DNA from: Longimicrobiales bacterium
GTDB lineage: Bacteria > Gemmatimonadota > Gemmatimonadetes > Longimicrobiales > Gaopeijiaceae
Direction: 5' to 3'
NCBI GenBank assembly: GCA_963664435.2
Contig: CAXXKM010000003.1
Location: forward strand, 1,152,001-1,216,000
DNA length: 64,000 nucleotides
In this document: piece by piece, positions 47,308-55,334 of the stretch
Layout of the letters: every line of letters starts with the position of its first letter
How positions within the stretch are numbered: position 1 is the first letter of the stretch
Notes under the pieces: model-generated
The model's input: only the letters and a program-made list of their open reading frames with translations
Databases searched by the model: none
What the model was told of the DNA's origin: nothing
Position numbers and translations under genes: made by a program

Positions 47308-47799
47308 GATCCTCCTTCAGGTTGCTGATCCTCTTCGAGCAGAGAAATGTCCTACCCCTGAATCTACACCCCGTTGCAACATGAGGCCTTCGGCTGAGCC
47401 GTCACAGCACCACTGGCAGGCACGGGACGGGCAACCAGATCGTGACCGGCGGGGCGGGACAAGGGCCGATGCAGTCAGTTCTCGGTTACGTCATACCGGA
47501 TGAGCGCCCCGCCGGTGAAGGATACGGCTCCTCCATGCCGTCGCACCGGTACCCCTGTGAAGGGCAGCGTCAACGGTCGCCCATTGCCCTCCGCTGATCC
47601 AGCGGAGTCGGCGGACACTACGATGTGCCTTGGTGTGTCGCATAAGGGCTGTATCGCTGCGTAGTGGGCTCCTCGCCGCCACTTGGGCGGCGTAGGAAAC
47701 CGGGCGGTGCTGCGCGCCAGCGCAGTCCGCGGCTTGTCGGGAGTGACCAGGTGCGGGTCGTGCGAAGAACTCTACTTGGGTATTGAGTCCGAGTGCGCG

Positions 47800-47917
47800 G
47801 GTTCCCGCCATTTGATGGCGATTCTCCCGCAATTCGCGCACGGTAGAAGCCGCTACGGCCCAACGGCAAGAAACGCAGATCGTGCAGTCCTCGTTGAACT
47901 TAAGAGGTCTCATGCCG
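47800..47917 (+). repeat. Dispersed att-arm-like repeat, copy 4
   Basis: TTCCCGCCATTTG...CTCCCGCAATTCG...ACGGCAAGAAACGCAGATCGTGCAGTCCTCGTTGAACTTAAG. Confidence 0.8.
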
Positions 47918-48099
47918 TCATTTGGCGGCTCGGGTCCTCCGCACGGTATTCACCCGACACCCGACACCCGACCTCACCGAGGTCAGGCCTACGCTGCTTT
48001 CTTCACCTCCTTGCTGCCTGAGGACTAGCGTGTGCGCTTCCGGGCAATCCCAGCCTTGAAGACCACGTAGGGCGTCCTCCCCCTTCATGCCGCGGCCCT

Positions 48100-48595
48100 G
48101 TGCCGACGCCGTCGGTTGTAGGTCTCAAGATAGGCATCCAGGTCCTTCTGCATCTCCTCGACGGTCTTGTACCAGGTCGTGCGCTCCTTATAGTCCTCCC
48201 GATCTCTCTGGACAGTAGCTTGGCAACCCTTCCGGGGTCCAGGGGAAAGGGGCACGGGATGTCTCGGAGTACGGAAGAACAGGATTCGGCGAAATACCGC
48301 GGTCGGGTTGGAAGGTCTGCCGAAGCGGTGGAGCGCCCAGCGGAAGGCCGAGGTGGGTAATTGCGACTGCTGCGCGGGGAGGACTATCGGCGAGGGGAGC
48401 CGGGAGATTCGGGTTGGTCCGCCGGAGTTGGAGCGGCGGCGGCGGGAATTCCTGGAAAGCGGTCAGCCGGGTCTCAAGAAGAAGAACCGGCCGGGAGGCG
48501 AGCTGATGCGGACCCGGGCGAAGCTGGGAGAGATGACGATGCGGGTCGAGTTGCAGGTGGAGCTTCTCTCCCGTGATTCGCGCCTCAGGTGGCCC
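48100..48595 (+). pseudogene. IS transposase OrfA remnant (IS3-like)
   Basis: PKRWSAQRKAEV...REFLESG...RAKLGEMTMRVEL, frameshifted and truncated. Confidence 0.6.
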
Positions 48596-48597
48596 AC

Positions 48598-49992
48598 CTA
48601 GTCGCTGGGTGCATCTAGAATGAGACCGTCCCAATCTTCGACTTGGCCCTCGTGGATTACACGCAGGATTGCCCTCCGGCAGAGCTGCTGGGCGTCCGCG
48701 AGCAGAGAGCGGTCGTTGTGTTTCGACTTTCCTCCGTGGACAAGGCGGGAGGCGGCAGCGTATGCGCCGCGCAGGATCCTCCAAGCCTCGCGCCGGTCAG
48801 CAGCGTTCTCGCCGAGAAGCCAAGCCCCCCGAGCTGCAAGGGTGTAGCTCAACTGCTGATTCGTCCCTTCGGACAACAGCAGCGCTTCGAGTGCGATGCG
48901 GAGGTCAATCAACTGATCGGTGATTTCGGCGTAGGGGGTCAGCGATTTCTTCCAACGCGCCGCAGCAAGTCGCGTTCGGGCATCTGTATGGTCTAGCGCC
49001 GCGAGAAGCCTGCCAATCCTCGTTTTCGAGGGAGCGGGCGCCGCGCCATCGACAGGTTGGAGTGTTTTCACACCCGTCTCAAGGCTGAGGCTCCATCCGG
49101 AAGCTGGATCGATCGAGCGACTAGGTGTCCCCCAGGTCGTCCCGTTGTCCGCTATTGCCGACACGCCTCCGTAATCGTTCCACCCAAAACTCAGAGGGAT
49201 GTCGGCGTTGCACTCTAACGCCAGGGCCAAGCCGATGGTGTCGAAGCCGCCACATCGCGGAGCCAGCGCAGCGGTGACAACGCCGTTGAGGTCGTCGACA
49301 TTCGGGCGGAACAGGGCAGGCTCCGCCGTGGTCGCGACCTGAACGACAGACCGTCCCAAGTAGGTTTCAGCCTGGATGCCGCCCGAGGGAAGCCGCTTGG
49401 AAAGCGAGTCCGAAGACAGCGGCAGCGGGACGATGTCGATCCCGTCAATCGGAGTCATGGCTTGAGCGAGCCTGAGCGCCGCGACCCGGCAGGTGCGATA
49501 CTTCATGGGATCGCCACGGATCCAACCCGCGATGAGGTCGGTAACTCGGTCGACGCCAAGAATCGCCGCATCCTTGATCAAGGCTTCACCGAATTGCTCG
49601 ATCGACGAAACTGAAGCTTGGACGTGGAGACCGTTCGGTAACAACACGGACGCGCTTCTGCCATTTCCAGCTATCGGAAGAGCGTGTCCGACGCAGTCCG
49701 AAGCCGGATCGACGTAGCCTGACAGTGCCTCGCGCACACTACCCATCAGGTTGGTTCGGAGCGTCTCTGGCATGGAGACGCGGGCGTTTCTGATCATGGT
49801 CAGTGCTTGGCCGTGCCACGTTGCTCGTTCGTAGGCTCCACGCAGATTCTCGGCATCAATGCTCTCATCGGGACCGTGGCCGTAGCTCGTGCTGTGGAGC
49901 CCGTGGTGCTTGATCATGCGGCCCATGTCAAACGACGTCGCCGCCAACGCCCGACGCAAAGAAGTCCTGAGGTCTTGGACTGCGTTGGTCAT
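48598..49992 (-). CDS. HEPN domain protein (ApeA-like C-terminus)
   Basis: DLRIALEALL...YTLAARGAWLLG...AYAAASRLVHGG. Confidence 0.72.
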   Translation of the reverse strand: MTNAVQDLRTSLRRALAATSFDMGRMIKHHGLHSTSYGHGPDESIDAENLRGAYERATWHGQALTMIRNARVSMPETLRTNLMGSVREALSGYVDPASDCVGHALPIAGNGRSASVLLPNGLHVQASVSSIEQFGEALIKDAAILGVDRVTDLIAGWIRGDPMKYRTCRVAALRLAQAMTPIDGIDIVPLPLSSDSLSKRLPSGGIQAETYLGRSVVQVATTAEPALFRPNVDDLNGVVTAALAPRCGGFDTIGLALALECNADIPLSFGWNDYGGVSAIADNGTTWGTPSRSIDPASGWSLSLETGVKTLQPVDGAAPAPSKTRIGRLLAALDHTDARTRLAAARWKKSLTPYAEITDQLIDLRIALEALLLSEGTNQQLSYTLAARGAWLLGENAADRREAWRILRGAYAAASRLVHGGKSKHNDRSLLADAQQLCRRAILRVIHEGQVEDWDGLILDAPSD

Positions 49993-50318
49993 ATGGGTCG
50001 TGGGCTAGGAGTCGGCGCTTGGAAAGCCGCGATCATCTTGCGAGGCCCCCCAGGAGGCCATGAAGGGGCCGGCCGTAGGCTGCACTCGCCCTTCGTGAGC
50101 CCTTGGTCACACATCGAAACAGGAATCGTGCTCCACGAGCCTTTGACGCCTTTCGTACCCCTCGGCTGGCGTAACGTCTTACGAAACTCCGCCGGACGAC
50201 GCACTCCAACTCTGCATGAATTGGGTGATGTCTCATGAAGATCGTGAACCTCTCCGCCGCGTTCTCGCCGTCCTTGTAAGCCTTACCGTCCGATCCAGCA
50301 GTCCGTCCCCCTCCGGTC

Positions 50319-50465
50319 CCGCTAAACTCCCGCTATTCGACCCGGTTTTCACGCTTTTCGAGCACGACAGGCCCGATCACAGTCTCACGGCAAGAACGGC
50401 AGATCGCGCAGTCCTGGTTAGACTTAGACGATTTCTTGCCGGGATTCGCATCCCCTCTCAGGGGA
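50319..50465 (+). repeat. Terminal arm of the ICE (repeat copy 5), abutting the right att site
   Basis: Same repeat family, directly followed by the 43-bp att core. Confidence 0.85.
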
Positions 50466-50508
50466 TTGTAAGGCAGGCGCTCTGAACCAACTGAGCTAAG
50501 CGCCCCGC
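50466..50508 (+). repeat. att site, right copy (displaced 5' half of tRNA-Val)
   Basis: Identical to 301-343. Confidence 0.92.
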
Positions 50509-50514
50509 TTGAAC

Positions 50515-51363
50515 TTAACGGAACCCTGCCCTAACCCCCCCGGACTCCCTCCACGCATCATACCGCATGCGCAGGGTTCGGACCGGGTTGGCATCCTCGT
50601 GAGGCAGGGTGTTCGTCGGGATGGCGGAGATGTAGAGGTGGTATTCCCCGTCGTTGTAGGGCGCGCGCAGATCCTCGGGATGGTTGTCGGCGAATTCGCC
50701 CAGGGTGTTCTCCGGGTCCGCGGCAAGGATGTAGGCGACGTGCGAGGTCTTGCCGTCGCAGTCGGCGTACGCCTCCGGCAGAGGCTCGGTCTCGCAGGTG
50801 CAGCGGCTGTCCCCGCCCAGTTCGTCGGCCCTCTCCATGGCGCGCATGACGCGGTCGATGACGTCGTCGCTGCCTTCCTGCATGATGCGCGCGGACTCGG
50901 TGAGCGCCTCGGTGGTCGCGATGATGTTGCCCTGCACCGAGTACAGGATGTCGTCCGGGCTGCGCCCCTGAATATCCAGCGACACGGGGCGGTTGCCCTC
51001 GCCGGAGCGTCCGGCGGTGCGGCCCTGCATGTCGATGATGCCGAACTGCCGGCGCTCGATGTCGGGATCCTCCTCCAGCATGCGGATGATATCGACGGGA
51101 TCGGTGCCGTTCTGCAATTCGGCGAAGATGAGCTTCTGGTTCTCGTGGGTGCGGTCCACGCCCGCCTGGGCGGCCGCCACGCCCACGCCGGGCACGACCA
51201 CCGCCTGCAGCAGCTTGAGCTGGTCGGGGCCGGTCGCGGCGCAGGTGGCTGAGGCGATCACGACGCGCCCGGTGGCGAGGTCGATGGCAATGATCGACCA
51301 GGTGGCCAGTGCGGTGGAGGGAACCAGAAGGATGAATGCGAGAGCAACGAGCAGGCGTCTCAT
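50515..51363 (-). CDS. DUF1028 family (Ntn-hydrolase-like) secreted protein
   Basis: Signal peptide then TWSIIAID...GVAAAQA...RQFGIID...SVQGNI...GGDSRC. Confidence 0.85.
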   Translation of the reverse strand: MRRLLVALAFILLVPSTALATWSIIAIDLATGRVVIASATCAATGPDQLKLLQAVVVPGVGVAAAQAGVDRTHENQKLIFAELQNGTDPVDIIRMLEEDPDIERRQFGIIDMQGRTAGRSGEGNRPVSLDIQGRSPDDILYSVQGNIIATTEALTESARIMQEGSDDVIDRVMRAMERADELGGDSRCTCETEPLPEAYADCDGKTSHVAYILAADPENTLGEFADNHPEDLRAPYNDGEYHLYISAIPTNTLPHEDANPVRTLRMRYDAWRESGGVRAGFR

Positions 51364-51481
51364 GGGACCCTCCGCGGAGCATTCTGTGTGAAGATGCCGC
51401 TCGCGTCCCGCGACGGGATGCAGGCGAGCAGGTGCGGCCGGAGCTCGAGCCTCCGGCCCCGTGCGTGCATGAGGCCGAAGG

Positions 51482-52105
51482 TTACGAACCGCTGCGCGCG
51501 GGCCGCATGCTTCGAACCGAGATCGTCGTCTCGTGCAGACACGGCGAACTCTCGGTCAGGGTGCCCTGGACGACCACCTCGGTCCCCATCTCCCAGTCGC
51601 CCTCCTCGCCTTCCAGCGCGTACACGTCCCCGAACTCGCCGAACAGCACCGAGCAGGGCTCGCCCACGTGAATGAGCTGCCCCCGGCGGGTCAGGATGCC
51701 GTTTTCGTCGGTGGCGTGGAAGTAGTTGGAGAGGGCGAGCGGCCGGAAGTAGAAGTCGAAGACGATGAACACCGTGGGACGGTCGAGGTGCGCCCACTCG
51801 GGAACCATGACGCTCATGTCGATCCGGCCCCGCTCGGTGGTCAGCTCCTGGCCGATCTCCTCGAACCCGAACTGGGCGGCTCCGAGCCCGATGCGGGTCG
51901 GGGTGATGGCGGGCAGCCCCCCGGTGTTGATGCTGACGCGGGTCCCCGCGGGCCCCGTGCGCGGACGGATCGACTCGATGCGGCGCGAGGGCGCATGGCC
52001 TTCGACCACTTCAGCCTGCGCCGCGGCCTGGCGCGCATCGGCGAGCCCCAGGACGAGCAACGGGATCGACAACGCCACGCGTGCCGTCAGGCGGACGCGG
52101 GCCAT
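51482..52105 (-). CDS. Hypothetical secreted protein
   Basis: Signal-peptide-like start; SIRPRTGPAGTRVSI is IPT/TIG-like. Start uncertain (up to 52165). Confidence 0.6.
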   Translation of the reverse strand: MARVRLTARVALSIPLLVLGLADARQAAAQAEVVEGHAPSRRIESIRPRTGPAGTRVSINTGGLPAITPTRIGLGAAQFGFEEIGQELTTERGRIDMSVMVPEWAHLDRPTVFIVFDFYFRPLALSNYFHATDENGILTRRGQLIHVGEPCSVLFGEFGDVYALEGEEGDWEMGTEVVVQGTLTESSPCLHETTISVRSMRPARSGS

Positions 52106-52363
52106 GGGGGACGGATTCGGAATCTGGTACATGATCATCCTCCTCGCCGAAGGCTTCGGCGGCACGAGGTCAACTTGCTACATCGTACGCCGGAGGAGGG
52201 GGTTGGTCCAGTGGAGGCGGGGGGCGAGCCCGCCCGGGATGGCGGTTGAGTCGATTGAGTGGGAGAAACAGCCAGACGAAGTTTGCGCTGGCGGTTACCC
52301 GCAGGCCCCGTCGCCATCGTATCTTGTGTTGCCGGATCGGCTCGCGATCCTGTGCCGTTGGTC

Positions 52364-52474
52364 GTTGCCGGGGTCCAAGGACCTCGGCCTTTGTTGAGCG
52401 AGTTTCGGGCCTCTTGGGGCATCCACAGGTTGGGTCTGGTCGCCGGGGCTTTGGCCCCGGCCTTCGTTTGAACG
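52364..52474 (+). CRISPR. Mini-array: two degenerate repeats and one spacer (candidate Cas-regulating RNA)
   Basis: Repeat 1 GTTGCCGGGGTCCAAGGACCTCGGCCTTTGTTGAGCG (52364-52400); spacer ~52401-52436; repeat 2 GTCGCCGGGGCTTTGGCCCCGGCCTTCGTTTGAACG (52439-52474). Confidence 0.82.
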
Positions 52475-52611
52475 CGTGAGCAGCCCGCAGCTCTCATTCC
52501 GCGTTGTGCCAACTTGCTCCTGACGGCCTCCACGATACGTCAAACCTGGTGAGATCGGCCTCTTCCCGTTGATCTCCGGAGGTGTTATCGTTGAGGTGTA
52601 GATAAGAAGTA

Positions 52612-52640
52612 TTGCGCCAAGTGGCGCTAAACTGTATGCT
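52612..52640 (+). promoter_or_regulatory. Predicted sigma70 promoter of the cas operon
   Basis: TTGCGC (52612-52617), 17-bp spacer, TATGCT (52635-52640), about 45 bp upstream of csb1. Confidence 0.65.
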
Positions 52641-52683
52641 AATCAGTGTGAAAAGAAACCACCCCCAACCAAGGAGGGAGGCC

Positions 52684-53880
52684 GTGGCCCGCACGATCAG
52701 CCTTGACACACTGCTCGCCGGATGCGCGGACGAGTCGCTCGATGACGGGATTCGCATCGACACGGAGTTGGAACCCCTCTCCGGTCCAGGTGGGCGCGTG
52801 AAACCCGCCGTGTACGAGGGCGGACGATACCAAGAGGACAACCGGTGGGCCTTGCCGTCCGACGACGAACCAACGCCAGTGATCGTCATCGACAACGTCC
52901 CCTCGCAGGCAAACCGCCTCGAGGAGGCACTCCGCCGAAGCCGCTCCTCCGTACCTGTCCCGGAGCTGATCCTCGACCTCACTGACATCGAGAGCCTGCC
53001 CGCGCACCTGCCCCGGCGAATCTCGAGCTTGCACTTCCCGCACCGGAACGCGGACGCCTACCTCCGGGATGCCCGGTTGAACGACGAGAACTTCGCGACG
53101 TCCAAGCTCGGAAAGGCCATTCTGGGAGCCACACCCGCGAAGTGCGGCGCGTTGATGTCCTGGTTTCCGCAATCCCTGCTCTACGGTTTCTGGCAGTCGC
53201 ACCTGGGGAAGAAGCGACACGGTACCAAGCACGCCCGCGCCTGGGTCTCGGAGATCGTCGGTTGGCAGCCGGCGGCCAACGAGACGAAGACTCTTGGGCT
53301 GAAAGGGGATCCCTTGAACCTCAACACGGACGAATCGCTGACATCCAATCCGAACGATCTCCTGCACTGGGGAATCGGCATTGCGGAGGTGGAGGGAGGA
53401 AAGAAGGACAAGCTCTCCGAGATCGGACACGGTCAAGTTCCCTTCATGGGGGAGGAAGCCGCAGCCGCAGCCGTTTCGTTCGCCCGTGTCACCCAACGGG
53501 CGACCGTCTCCTTCGCCCAACTCAGGCGCGTCGGCTTGGGCGACAGCCACGCCCCCGACGCCGATGCGGCCGCGCGTGCCGTGCTGGTCGCTCTCGGCCT
53601 GCACGCGCATGTGCTCGCCTTTGGACGCGGCTTCGCGCTCAGATCGGGTGCCGAACTGCGGCCAGCCCAGACCGTGACGACATGGCTGGGAGGCGATGAG
53701 GACGTAGCCTGTGATCTCGGCGGTGCCAAACACACCCAGCAGCTTCTGGAGGAGGCGATCAAGCGGGCAGAAGCCCTCGGCGTTCCTCTTGACGGTTGGG
53801 GCAAGGAGCCCCTCCGGCTCACTCCGAAGAACAACCTTCGGCAGGCGATTCTCGCCACTTGGCCGGAGGTGGCGGACTGA
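52684..53880 (+). CDS. csb1: Type I-G Cas7 (Csb1)
   Basis: VKPAVY, IDNVPSQANRLEEAL, FPHRNADA, LLYGFWQS, SEIGHGQVP, LRSGAEL; AGGAGG RBS, GTG start. Confidence 0.92.
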   Translation: MARTISLDTLLAGCADESLDDGIRIDTELEPLSGPGGRVKPAVYEGGRYQEDNRWALPSDDEPTPVIVIDNVPSQANRLEEALRRSRSSVPVPELILDLTDIESLPAHLPRRISSLHFPHRNADAYLRDARLNDENFATSKLGKAILGATPAKCGALMSWFPQSLLYGFWQSHLGKKRHGTKHARAWVSEIVGWQPAANETKTLGLKGDPLNLNTDESLTSNPNDLLHWGIGIAEVEGGKKDKLSEIGHGQVPFMGEEAAAAAVSFARVTQRATVSFAQLRRVGLGDSHAPDADAAARAVLVALGLHAHVLAFGRGFALRSGAELRPAQTVTTWLGGDEDVACDLGGAKHTQQLLEEAIKRAEALGVPLDGWGKEPLRLTPKNNLRQAILATWPEVAD

Positions 53881-55334
53881 TGCTCGCGATCTCAGTCGAG
53901 TTCCTGCATGGGACGTTTCGCGGCGACCCGCGAGGCACCGCCGGTACGGGAGGTCTCCTCCGAGGCGAATGGCCTCCCGCTCCGGCGAGACTGTTTGCCG
54001 CCATGGTGGCCTCGGACGGGACGCGAGATCGCTGTCGCGTGACGAACGGTACGGAACTGGGGTGGCTTGAGCAGCTTCCGGCACCGGTGATCCGCGCCCA
54101 TGGTTCTGCCTGGCACCAGCCGCTCCGGCCGCGTTACGTCGTCCGGGCCGAGAGGGGATACGCGCGCCGTAAGAGGCGAGGCGAGAAACAGAAGACCAGT
54201 GCCCACTTGGAATACATTGGGCGTGCGGGCGCTGAGGTTCGACCGGGCGTCCGGGTCACGCCCCGCGACCCCCGCGTCGTCTATCTTTGGGATGCCGTTC
54301 CCGCGCCAGAGATCGTGAGCGCGCTGCGGCGGCGCGCGGCCCGCATCGGGTATCTCGGCACAGCCGACTCGCCGGTGCGTATCCGCGTGCAAACGACAAT
54401 ACCGGAGTCGGCGATGCCTGCAGATGTCTTCGTGCCCGACCCACAGGGCGACGTAGAGATCTGCGTGCCCCAGAAAGGCGATGTTGGTCGATGGGACCGG
54501 ATGTACGACGACTGGATGGAACGAGGCCCCAGCGTGAGCCGAGCCCAGTTTCCGGCTCTTCGGCACGAGGCTCGATACCGATCACCCAACGCCGGCACGG
54601 CACATGTCGACAGAGGCGGGGTCGTCGCGTGGCTACGTCTCGAAACCGCAGTGTCCGGGCGCCGCGTCTCCACGGTGACCGCCCTCTTCAAGAAGGCCGT
54701 GCTCAAGGCGCACCAGGAACTGTACGGCGAACCCCCCCCGATCCTTCACGGCCACGGGTTTGAAGGTCGGGGTTACGAGCTCGCCCGCTTCCTCGCCCTT
54801 CCAGACGTCGGACGCCGCTGGTCGCGGGGGCGCATCCACGGCTTGGCCCTCTGGGTTCCGCCCGGATGTGATCGGGCGACCAGGTCACGCGTGCGGGACG
54901 CCGCGAACTCGCTACGGCGACTCTGGGGAGGCGGCGTGAACGTCAATGTTCAACCGCACGTCGGCGAAAAGCGACCGGTCGCCGTAGCGCCGGGACGCTG
55001 GACGGGTCGCGAGGGTCGACACTGGGTAACTGCCTTCCCGGCCGTGCACGAACGGAGGGTGCCGCTAGACCTCGATGAGGTGTCCAGATGGTGTATCCAC
55101 GCCGGGCTCCCTCGACCGGTGGCGTTTCGCTCGTCGCGATCCCCTCTGGTCTCCGGCGGCGTCGATCTCGCTCCGGTGGAGGTAAACCGGCGCGGCAGAC
55201 CGGGGCGTCCGTATTCACATCTCGAATTATGGCTGGCCGAGCCAGTGAGAGGTCCGGTGGTGATCGGGGCGGCCCGCCAGCGCGGGCTAGGGCTTTGTAC
55301 GGACGTTCCCCACGGAGAGGTGTCCCATGGCTGA
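53880..55334 (+). CDS. csb2: Type I-G Cas5/Cas6 fusion (Csb2)
   Basis: EWPPAPARLFAAMVA, YLGTADS, GPVVIGAARQRGLGLC. Confidence 0.92.
   Translation: MLAISVEFLHGTFRGDPRGTAGTGGLLRGEWPPAPARLFAAMVASDGTRDRCRVTNGTELGWLEQLPAPVIRAHGSAWHQPLRPRYVVRAERGYARRKRRGEKQKTSAHLEYIGRAGAEVRPGVRVTPRDPRVVYLWDAVPAPEIVSALRRRAARIGYLGTADSPVRIRVQTTIPESAMPADVFVPDPQGDVEICVPQKGDVGRWDRMYDDWMERGPSVSRAQFPALRHEARYRSPNAGTAHVDRGGVVAWLRLETAVSGRRVSTVTALFKKAVLKAHQELYGEPPPILHGHGFEGRGYELARFLALPDVGRRWSRGRIHGLALWVPPGCDRATRSRVRDAANSLRRLWGGGVNVNVQPHVGEKRPVAVAPGRWTGREGRHWVTAFPAVHERRVPLDLDEVSRWCIHAGLPRPVAFRSSRSPLVSGGVDLAPVEVNRRGRPGRPYSHLELWLAEPVRGPVVIGAARQRGLGLCTDVPHGEVSHG

Larger units (their letters stand above)
301..50508. mobile_element. 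Integrative conjugative element (~50 kb) inserted in tRNA-Val
   Basis: Perfect 43-bp direct repeat at 301-343 and 50466-50508, integrase at the left end, T4SS and coupling protein, defence cargo. Confidence 0.9.

Noticed and set aside
50466..50508. Second tRNA-Val gene
   Set aside because: Only the 5' half is present; it is the att duplication.
52326..52345. GTGTTGCCGG as a third mini-array repeat
   Set aside because: Only 10 nt match, no 3' handle, and no room for a spacer before repeat 1.
52325..52363. CreT-like toxin RNA upstream of the mini-array
   Set aside because: No clear SD/start/rare-codon signature, and the spacer's best visible match is the cas promoter.
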